NCBI GenBank assembly: GCA_013003215.1
Contig: JABDKD010000164.1
Coordinates: forward strand, 1 to 24,000
Length of the DNA stretch: 24,000 bases
Direction: 5' to 3'
Source: Pyrinomonadaceae bacterium
GTDB lineage: Bacteria; Acidobacteriota; Blastocatellia; Pyrinomonadales; Pyrinomonadaceae
Shown: in pieces, positions 1 to 6,933 of the stretch
Layout: each line of letters opens with the position of its first letter
Numbering within the stretch: the stretch's first letter is position 1
Notes under the pieces: model-generated
What the model saw: only the letters and a program-made list of their open reading frames with translations
What the model was told of the DNA's origin: nothing
The model's database searches: none
Program-made: the position numbers and the translations under genes

Positions 1-118
1 CCGTGATCGGCTCCTTGTGAGACTTGTCCGTCCAATCCACTTTGGCATCAAGTCTTGCAAATAACCGTCTACTTGTTACCGTGTCTTCCGAGAATGATGA
101 TTGTATAAAATTCGACAT
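1..118 (-). CDS. hypothetical protein, N-terminal part only (runs off the left edge)
   Basis: Hand translation of the minus strand. ATG at 118-116 has GGAGG (rc of 123-127) 4 nt upstream, and the frame stays open to position 1: MSNFIQSSFSEDTVTSRRLFARLDAKVDWTDKSHKEPIT. It is absent from the ORF track because no stop lies in the window. No family recognised. Confidence 0.5.
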   Translation of the reverse strand, partial: MSNFIQSSFSEDTVTSRRLFARLDAKVDWTDKSHKEPIT

Positions 119-643
119 GATACCTCCTACACGTTAATAAAGTTCAATAATACTAAGTTCGTTTATATTGAATGTCAAGCTAAAAACGCTCAAATCGCTC
201 ACTTCAATCTCGAAATCACTACTTTGGAAGCCTTGGTTTTCGAATTTTCGCTCAATTCGCTCAATCTGTAAACGTAACCACACTTGCAAAACCCTGTATC
301 TGATTATTCTTGAATTGGTCCCATTTTATTCCCATTCTAAGTTTTTATCTATAAAAAATATGTGCGTTTAACAGAAACTTAACCCCTTGCTGATAAGACT
401 ATGAATCGGATAGTTTATTCCTATGAGAATAAAGAATTTAGGTATGCTTTTTGCGTATCTAAAAAGTGAATTTCCAGATATTCATGATCAATTAACCGAA
501 GGCGATTGCCATTTGGTCGAACCGATTCACAGTAATCCGTTATGTTGCAAAATTTACGGTGAGTGAAATCTAAATCAACACCACGTGCGGAAGTCCGCTT
601 TACGATATGCTTCGAAATGAAAAATCCGAAAATCAGGATTTAG

Positions 644-653
644 ATTCATGAAT
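644..653. promoter_or_regulatory. perfect 10-nt palindrome ATTCATGAAT flanked by AGGATT direct repeats, upstream of the TonB-dependent receptor
   Basis: Seen in sequence: cAGGATTtagATTCATGAATtAGGATTgaa at 634-663, about 75 nt upstream of ATG 728 in an AT-rich leader. Calling it an operator is inference only. Confidence 0.2.
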
Positions 654-727
654 TAGGATTGAACCGGGCGATATTTGCCGGTTTTGAGAGAGTTTATTAA
701 ACCCATAAAAGAGGTCGAAGGATTATA

Positions 728-3700
728 ATGAACAAAAAAATATTTATGAGACTTCTGACGATTGCCTCTTTCAGCATTTTGCTGGGAGCATCTCAGATTT
801 TTGCTCAGTCGCAGGCGAGTACCGGTACAATCACTGGTACGATCACCGATGTCAATGATGCGGTCGTGCCTAATGCGACAGTTGAAGCGGTCAATAAGGA
901 CACAGGCGCTTCAAAAACCACAACCACAAACCAATCGGGTTACTACCAGATTCCGCTTTTGCGTCCTGGCACCTATACGGTTAAAGCCAGTGGCGGCGGA
1001 TTCGCTGAGCAGTCCCGTGAAGCAATCGTAAATATCGGACGTACGGTAAGTGTGAATTTCCAACTTGGTGTTGGAGATGTATCCGCTGTCGTTAACGTTA
1101 CCGGTGAGGAAGTGCAAACAACCGTCAGTAACGCTGACTCGGTTTTGGACAATGACGCGATTTCCAATCTTCCGCTCAACGGTCGACGATTTCAGGATCT
1201 TGCGACGCTGACACCGAATGTTGAGATCGACCCGCAACGCGGTCAACTCTCAATTGGTGGTCAGAAAGGTGTCGACCTGGCAATCAACGTGGACGGTGGA
1301 GACTTTACCCAGCCGTTCTTCGGCGGCATTCGCGGCGGTGAGAGGTCAAACTTCTCGTTCACACTGCCTCAGGAAGCTGTTCGTGAGTTCCAGGTTGTTT
1401 CGGCCGGTTACTCGGCAGAGTTTGGCCGGGCAACGGGTGGTATTATCAACGTGGCTACAAAGGGTGGTTCCAACCAATTTGGTGGAAGCGCCTTTATTAA
1501 TTTCCGCGGAGACTCTCTTGCCAGAACAAATGGATTTGCTGATGCGTTGATTGCCCAATCAGGTGTTACCGATCCGCAGGTTGCTGCAGACAGGTACCAG
1601 TTTGGTGGTTCGTTCGGTGGTCCGATCATAAAAGACAAGTTCTTTTTCTTTGGAACCTACGAGCAGCAGAACCTCAGTGTCGAACGTATTGCAACCGACA
1701 GCGACCTGAGTGATTCTTCAATTATTAATCCTGTAGTTCCGCTTCGTCCGGAAGAGCAGGCGGTTCTGGACTTCTTCAGAACCCAGGAAGGACCGTTCAC
1801 GCTAACCAACGATGTTTGGGCCGGTTCAATTAGGGTCGATGGAAATTTCAACGAAAAGAACAACGCGAACTTCAGGTTTAACTTCAGCCGGAACGACGCA
1901 GAAAACGCCGTCAACACGGGTGAGACTTCTCTGAATCCGACGACTGACAATGCACTCTCCAATGACGGCATTGAAGGAAGCCGTACATACACCTATGTTG
2001 GCCAGTGGACTTCCTTTATCAATTCGACGTTCACGAATGAATTCCGGGGACAGTATTCAAGAGGTGAAAGGCCTCGTCTCGCGAATTCGGCAATCCCGAA
2101 CGTAGAATCAAACTTGCTGGATTTTGGTCTGAGATCGTTTATGCCGACCACGCAGTTTGATACGCGTCTTCAGTTCTCGAATAACCTGATCGCTATTGCG
2201 GGAGACCACACTGCGAAGTTTGGTGTCGATTTCCAGAGGATCAAAGCCGATCAGGATTTCGGATTTGGTCAACTGGGCCGATTCTTTATCTTCCCGACCT
2301 CGGGCACTTCCGAATTCGGACGAGTACCCGGTTATTTTATTGGGGGAAGAGGACGAAACATCCTGACCGCGATGTCTACGCTTCAGATAATCGATCCGAT
2401 GAATCGTGACGCGAGTTATTTTGGAAGGTTTGACGACGCTCGAACCGGCCCTAATGACTATTCACGACAAATCGGAAACCTGGAAGCAGCGTTTTCGGTC
2501 TCGGAAATGGCCTTTTTTGCCCAGGATTCCTGGAGAGCATCTCCTAACCTGACCTTCAACTTCGGTCTGCGTGTTTCGAAGCAATGGAATCCGAGCCCTG
2601 AAACGGGCAACACAGCTTTGATCGACGTGATGCGCAACGCGAGCTTCCCGCTTTTGGGCGGTAGTGGATTTGACCCGACCGTTATCCCGGACAGCCCTTG
2701 GCAGTTTGGTCCGCGCCTTGGTTTCGCTTACGATCCGAAAGGGGATGGAAAGAGCGTGTTCCGTGGATTTTTCGGAATGTTCTACTCCAGAACACCGCTC
2801 TTGCTCTTTGCCGGTGCGATGAATAATTACCGGACGACTCCCGGCGACCTGCAAACGACCTTCTCGTTCTTGGACGGAAGTTTTGACCAGGCCGCGTTTG
2901 ACGCCGCCAACCCGCAATATACGGCGATCGTTGGAATGGGTGTCAGACCGTCAACGGTCTATCGACTCTTTGCAGTTGCCGGAATCGACCTGAACAACTT
3001 CGCGTTGGACAACCTTCCGATACTTACGGTAGCTCAACTGAACTCCGTAAACGCTGCCTTGGAGGCCGCTTCTCCGGGTGCGAATCCGAGTACGCTAGGT
3101 GCTTTCACAAACTCCTTCCCGTTCGGAATTGCGCCTGACTTTAAGAATCCGACATCTGCGCAGTGGGGATTTGGTTATGAACTTGAACTGGCCAAAGACT
3201 TTTACATCGGCTTTGATTTTGCAAATGTGAATGCGTGGAACAGGCAGAGAAACATAAACATAAACCTCCCGCCTGCTACTGCTGTTACACCGATTGCGAT
3301 GCGACCGGATTACCAACGCAGACGAGTGGTAAGTAGTCTCGGAAGCATCCAGTTGCGACAATCGTCCGCGAAATCGACCTACAAGTCGTTTACGGTTCGT
3401 TCGCGTTACTCGAATAACTGGCTACGATTCCAAGCTAGTTATACGCTCTCGAAGAACACGTCGGATGATGACAACGAGAGAAGCGCGACCGGATTTCAAG
3501 ATTCTGAGAACCAATATGACCGCTCGTCGGATTATGGCTTCTCGACTCTTGACCGCACTCATCGGTTTACGGCGAGTCCGATCTTCTTCCTTCCGTTCGG
3601 AGTTGAATTCTCGACTACTATGAGACTACGTTCGGGTAATCCGTTTGATGCTGCGATCTTCCGTGACGTGAATAACGATGCGATTACAGGATTTCTTGGT

Positions 3701-4042
3701 GGTCCGGACCGACCGTACATCGCGCCGGGCGTTCCGATGCAGCGGAATTCCTTTAGGAACAAACCAATCTATGACATAGATATGAGAGTTCAAAAGGGAA
3801 TCAATTTCGATGAGCGGAAGCGTTTGGTCTTCACTGCGGAGTTCTTCAATGTTTTCAATCTTGAGAATATCCAATATGGTGACAGGCTATTCTGTAGTTC
3901 GCGAAATGAGGCATGCGGTTTGTCCGGAGCCACGAATTCAAGCTTTATGCAGATTCGTGATTCCAACGGGAACTTCATAACCAGAAATAATCTGGGTTCG
4001 CAGATCTTCCAAACACAGATCGGAGCCAGATTCGAATTCTAA
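728..4042 (+). CDS. TonB-dependent outer-membrane receptor with N-terminal carboxypeptidase-regulatory-like domain
   Basis: 1104-aa ORF with signal peptide MNKKIFMRLLTIASFSILLGASQIFAQ. An Ig-like CarboxypepD_reg-type N-domain follows (GTITGTITD...GTYTVKASGGGF). The plug-region motif NLPLNGRRFQDLATLTPNV is present. The long barrel ends in a terminal aromatic (GARFEF). AAGAGG/GAAGGA lies upstream of the ATG, and a strong terminator follows. Confidence 0.9.
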   Translation: MNKKIFMRLLTIASFSILLGASQIFAQSQASTGTITGTITDVNDAVVPNATVEAVNKDTGASKTTTTNQSGYYQIPLLRPGTYTVKASGGGFAEQSREAIVNIGRTVSVNFQLGVGDVSAVVNVTGEEVQTTVSNADSVLDNDAISNLPLNGRRFQDLATLTPNVEIDPQRGQLSIGGQKGVDLAINVDGGDFTQPFFGGIRGGERSNFSFTLPQEAVREFQVVSAGYSAEFGRATGGIINVATKGGSNQFGGSAFINFRGDSLARTNGFADALIAQSGVTDPQVAADRYQFGGSFGGPIIKDKFFFFGTYEQQNLSVERIATDSDLSDSSIINPVVPLRPEEQAVLDFFRTQEGPFTLTNDVWAGSIRVDGNFNEKNNANFRFNFSRNDAENAVNTGETSLNPTTDNALSNDGIEGSRTYTYVGQWTSFINSTFTNEFRGQYSRGERPRLANSAIPNVESNLLDFGLRSFMPTTQFDTRLQFSNNLIAIAGDHTAKFGVDFQRIKADQDFGFGQLGRFFIFPTSGTSEFGRVPGYFIGGRGRNILTAMSTLQIIDPMNRDASYFGRFDDARTGPNDYSRQIGNLEAAFSVSEMAFFAQDSWRASPNLTFNFGLRVSKQWNPSPETGNTALIDVMRNASFPLLGGSGFDPTVIPDSPWQFGPRLGFAYDPKGDGKSVFRGFFGMFYSRTPLLLFAGAMNNYRTTPGDLQTTFSFLDGSFDQAAFDAANPQYTAIVGMGVRPSTVYRLFAVAGIDLNNFALDNLPILTVAQLNSVNAALEAASPGANPSTLGAFTNSFPFGIAPDFKNPTSAQWGFGYELELAKDFYIGFDFANVNAWNRQRNININLPPATAVTPIAMRPDYQRRRVVSSLGSIQLRQSSAKSTYKSFTVRSRYSNNWLRFQASYTLSKNTSDDDNERSATGFQDSENQYDRSSDYGFSTLDRTHRFTASPIFFLPFGVEFSTTMRLRSGNPFDAAIFRDVNNDAITGFLGGPDRPYIAPGVPMQRNSFRNKPIYDIDMRVQKGINFDERKRLVFTAEFFNVFNLENIQYGDRLFCSSRNEACGLSGATNSSFMQIRDSNGNFITRNNLGSQIFQTQIGARFEF

Positions 4043-4064
4043 GTAATCTACCCTTTTAAGTTAC

Positions 4065-4096
4065 GGCGCACTCCTTTTCGGGGTGCGCCTTTTTTT
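4065..4096 (+). terminator. rho-independent terminator of the TonB-dependent receptor gene
   Basis: GGCGCACTCC (4065-4074) pairs with GGGGTGCGCC (4080-4089), giving 10 bp with one G-U. The loop is TTTTC and a T7 run follows at 4090-4096. Confidence 0.85.
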
Positions 4097-4140
4097 GTGC
4101 TCTGATTTACCTTGGAAGCTTTGCGATTTACTATTGTCTA

Positions 4141-5238
4141 ATGCGAATTCTGCAAATCTCATCGGCAGAGACATTTGGGGGCGGCGAACGGCATTTTACG
4201 GATCTCTGCCGTGGCCTCATGGAAGCCGGAAACGAAGTCTTTGCGGCCGTCAGATACGGGAACGAATGGGAAAACGAAATCGAGTTCTTACCGGCTTCGA
4301 ACGTTTTCCATTTGAGTCTCGCCAATTCGCTTGATCTTTTGTCCGCCCGCAGACTATCGAAGATCATTAGGGACAATAAGATCGATATCGTCCATGCCCA
4401 CGCGGCCAGAGACTATCCAGTAGCCTCTGTAGCAGTCCGTCTCTCCCCACCCGTGAAGCTGGTGCTCTCGCGCCACGTCATCTTTCCGATGAAAAACCTT
4501 CATAAGCTTGTTCTAAAAAATGTGGACCGCGTCATTGCCGTTTCGGAACCAACAGCAACCCACCTCAGAAAGGTATTCCCTCCTGAGAAGATCGCAGTGA
4601 TTTCAAACGGAATAAATATCGAAAAAAATGGTAACGACGCCGCGGGAAAGGAGTTTCGGTTCGAGCATAACATTCCTTACGACGTGCCTTTGATAGGAAT
4701 TGTCGGGGAACTCGGTGAGGTTAAGAGACAGAAGGATTTCTTACTTGCGGCCGAGATAATCAAGAAGGAATTGAGCGACGCAATGTTCGTCTCGACCGGT
4801 ATGGACAGAGCGATTGGCCAACCCTATCGTCGAGACCTTAAAAGACTGGAAAAGATCTTGGGTCTTCAAGGATCTGTCGTATGGCTGGACTGGGTGAATG
4901 ACATGTCCCCATTTTATTCCGCTCTTGACTTACTGGTGTCCGCATCAAGTACTGAAAGCTTTGGGCTCGCGATATCCGAAGCGATGGGGAGCGGAACTGC
5001 GGTAGTTGCGACAAGAACCGAAGGAGCCTCTGAGCTTATCGAAGATGGAGTTACCGGCAGGCTTGTTCCAATCGGTGAACCGGTTGAAACCGCAAAAGCA
5101 GTTTTAGAGCTGTTTGAGAACCCGGAATTGAGATCTTCTATTGGAGACAATGCACGGGTTTACGCGGTCTCCAATCTTGGCCTCGACCGAATGGTTTCTT
5201 CGATCATCGAACTGTATAACGAGATTCTTGAATTCTAG
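4141..5238 (+). CDS. glycosyltransferase family 4 (GT-B, RfaB-like)
   Basis: 365 aa. The N-terminus MRILQISSAETFGGGERH is typical of GT4. The C-terminal half has the E-x7-E motif (ESFGLAISEAMGSGTAVVATRTEGASELIEDGVTGRLVP). Confidence 0.9.
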   Translation: MRILQISSAETFGGGERHFTDLCRGLMEAGNEVFAAVRYGNEWENEIEFLPASNVFHLSLANSLDLLSARRLSKIIRDNKIDIVHAHAARDYPVASVAVRLSPPVKLVLSRHVIFPMKNLHKLVLKNVDRVIAVSEPTATHLRKVFPPEKIAVISNGINIEKNGNDAAGKEFRFEHNIPYDVPLIGIVGELGEVKRQKDFLLAAEIIKKELSDAMFVSTGMDRAIGQPYRRDLKRLEKILGLQGSVVWLDWVNDMSPFYSALDLLVSASSTESFGLAISEAMGSGTAVVATRTEGASELIEDGVTGRLVPIGEPVETAKAVLELFENPELRSSIGDNARVYAVSNLGLDRMVSSIIELYNEILEF

Positions 5239-5906
5239 TCCATAGCTCGGGGCAGATTCTCCAATATCCAACTAGCCGTTTCAGGTGCCAATTCTGGATT
5301 CGATCTTAAAGTTTTGGCAACCTCAATTAAGTCATCGGGTCTGTCTATGTCGATCGCTGTATCGACTGTGGCCGCGTTGAGGCCGGCAGACTCAATATTC
5401 CTTTTCATGTGTTCAAAAACATGCTGGCCTCCCCAACGAATTCCATTGAATACATCCCCGGGGAAGCGATCGAAGCCTATTAAGTAAAAACCTCCATCGC
5501 GCGCCATTCCAAGAACGGCTCGTGCTTCGCCATCCAAAAGGTCGAATGATTGTTCGATCGCTAAAGCTGGGGCTGTAGGGCTGTCAGTACCGGTCATCAC
5601 AATGCGCTCGAAACCGAGAGCAAAAGCCTCTTCGAATGCATTCGACATTCTTTCTCCTAGATCAACACCCTTCTGAAAAATTGTCTGCTGGCCATTTCCG
5701 AGAAGTCTCAAGATCTTATCCGCAAGACGTTTCGGGGTAAACGCTACAAACGTGTTGGGCGTGATTGAACCCGCACGCTCAACAGAATCCTTGAGCAGCG
5801 CTTCTGAGAGCGCAGCAGATTGCTCAGGTGAAATGTATGGATTAAGGCGTGTTTTGACAGTTCCCGGTTCGGGCACCTTTGCCATAATGATCATTGCTTT
5901 GGACAT
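5235..5906 (-). CDS. DUF2064 / TIGR04282-like transferase (rSAM-selenodomain / arsenosugar-associated transferase 1 family)
   Basis: 223 aa with family hallmarks read by eye: IIMAKVPEPGTVKTRL, DLGERM, TGTDSPT, DGGFYLIGF, IDIDRPDDL. The start could be ATG 5906 or the in-frame ATG 12 nt downstream. Confidence 0.85.
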   Translation of the reverse strand: MSKAMIIMAKVPEPGTVKTRLNPYISPEQSAALSEALLKDSVERAGSITPNTFVAFTPKRLADKILRLLGNGQQTIFQKGVDLGERMSNAFEEAFALGFERIVMTGTDSPTAPALAIEQSFDLLDGEARAVLGMARDGGFYLIGFDRFPGDVFNGIRWGGQHVFEHMKRNIESAGLNAATVDTAIDIDRPDDLIEVAKTLRSNPELAPETASWILENLPRAMD

Positions 5907-6021
5907 AAGGAATAAATCCGGCGCTTTGCGGGATTCTTAGCTAAATACTACAAGACGAATAAATGTAAAACTATGGCTCACGATTTTGATGTCGAGGCAG
6001 CAGTCTCGGAACGGTAAGGAA

Positions 6022-6406
6022 ATGCCGCAAACACAGTCCAGGCAGTGCGCGCTATGTTGCCCGTCGATAACCCTGGTCGCGCGCAAGGGGAAGCAGGCCC
6101 CTGTCTCGAACGAAACCAGACTGTTGTTTTAAGGGTCCATGGAAGAAAGTCCTCGATGACGATGGTCACGACCTGGAGCGCGGGAAACGTAGGGCGGTTT
6201 GCGACAAGACCTTCAAGATCTATTCGAAAGCACCCTATGCCGAACATATTGTCCCGATAGAATCCTTTGAGGAGATTGCGCTTGAAGATGCCGGAGAATT
6301 TAACTGCAAGAGAAATGCTCTTCGCGATGCTCGAGAATCTAATGGTCTCGACTATAACCTGACTGAGGCAGACTCTTCATGCGAGGAAGGAGAAGATTGG
6401 TGCTGA
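6022..6406 (+). pseudogene. frame-broken small Cys-rich ORF (36 codons in frame 1 plus 91 codons in frame 2, joined at a T4 run)
   Basis: Hand translation. ATG 6022 to TAA 6130-6132 gives MPQTQSRQCALCCPSITLVARKGKQAPVSNETRLLF. From 6131 the next frame is open to TGA 6404-6406 (KGPWKKVLDDDGHDLERGKRRAVCDKTFKIY...SSCEEGEDWC). Its codon usage is gene-like but it has no ATG/GTG/TTG. Family not recognised. Confidence 0.3.
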
Positions 6407-6442
6407 CTTGAATCTTCCACGCCTAAGCCTGAAACTGATTTA

Positions 6443-6772
6443 ATGAGTTATTACGAAGAACAAGACCTGCACAATTTCGATAAGGTCGGGGAACACGCAC
6501 CGGAGCTATACGAGAAGTTCATGGCCTGGTACCAGGCGTGCCAGGAAGAAGGCGCACTTTCAAAACGTGAGAAGGCGCTGATCGGGTTGGCGGTTGCGGT
6601 GACAATCCAATGCCCTTACTGTATCGATGCTTTTACGAACAGCAGCCTTGAGAGCGGTTCGAATATGGAACAGATGACCGAAGCGATGCACCTTGCGAGT
6701 GCTATACGCGGGGGAGCGAGCCTTATTCACGGCGTCCAGGCTCACAATGCCCACGACAAGATTTCGATGTAG
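6443..6772 (+). CDS. AhpD/carboxymuconolactone-decarboxylase-like CxxC protein (arsenosugar/rSAM-selenodomain-associated peroxidase-like family)
   Basis: 109 aa, the size typical of the family. It has an AhpD-core-like helix and the CPYC redox motif (LAVAVTIQCPYCIDAF). It lies directly upstream of the ArsS-like radical SAM gene. Confidence 0.85.
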   Translation: MSYYEEQDLHNFDKVGEHAPELYEKFMAWYQACQEEGALSKREKALIGLAVAVTIQCPYCIDAFTNSSLESGSNMEQMTEAMHLASAIRGGASLIHGVQAHNAHDKISM

Positions 6773-6779
6773 GAGAGAA

Positions 6780-6904
6780 TTTAACAGGGATGAAGGGGAT
6801 AAATGGGATTAACACGGAATAGCAAAGACAAGAGGAATGGCTATGTGCCACTCATATGCTCTATATTCTTTTCGTATCCCTTTCATCTCCTTCATCCCTG
6901 TTTA
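6780..6904. repeat. imperfect 27-nt inverted repeat (24/27 complementary) with a 66-nt spacer, between the AhpD-like and ArsS-like genes
   Basis: The left arm AACAGGGATGAAGGGGATAAATGGGAT (6782-6808) pairs with the right arm ATCCCTTTCATCTCCTTCATCCCTGTT (6875-6901). Both ends are flanked by TTAA/TTTAA. Confidence 0.7.
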
Positions 6905-6933
6905 ATGCCCCTTTGTTCCTGTTAAGTAAATAG

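Noticed and set aside
168-371. 67-aa TTG-initiated ORF in the AT-rich leader
   Set aside because: Its composition is low-complexity and Lys/Ser/Leu-rich, driven by the AT-rich sequence and the TCGCTCA repeats. It has no RBS and no motif.
2462-2917. Internal antisense or out-of-frame ORFs inside long genes (e.g. 2462-2917, 11423-11860, 12701-12982, 19531-20121, 19826-20197)
   Set aside because: All are nested in genes with strong family signatures on the other strand or frame, and are typical shadow ORFs.
6121-6135. prfB-style programmed +1 frameshift at TTT TAA G
   Set aside because: There is no Shine-Dalgarno-like stimulator in the few nucleotides upstream of the slip site, as there is in prfB. 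A homopolymer indel (assembly error or mutation) is the simpler explanation. It cannot be decided from the sequence alone.
5978-6260. Track ORFs 5978-6247 (minus, 89 aa) and 6045-6260 (plus, 71 aa)
   Set aside because: Both translations are Arg/Ser/Thr-rich with rare AGG/AGA/CGA codons and no motifs. They lie out of frame or antisense to the better-looking coding signal described at 6022-6406 and are probably its shadows.
6404-6406. Selenocysteine readthrough of TGA 6404 fusing the upstream frame to the AhpD-like protein (...EDWC-U-LESSTPKPETDL-MSYYEE...)
   Set aside because: I could find no hairpin in the 40-50 nt downstream of the TGA where a bacterial SECIS should sit. The only hairpin places the TGA in its own loop. 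The AhpD-like family is normally about 110 aa, which fits a start at ATG 6443. The shared frame has a one-in-three chance of being coincidence. I keep it only as a low-probability alternative inside the finding.
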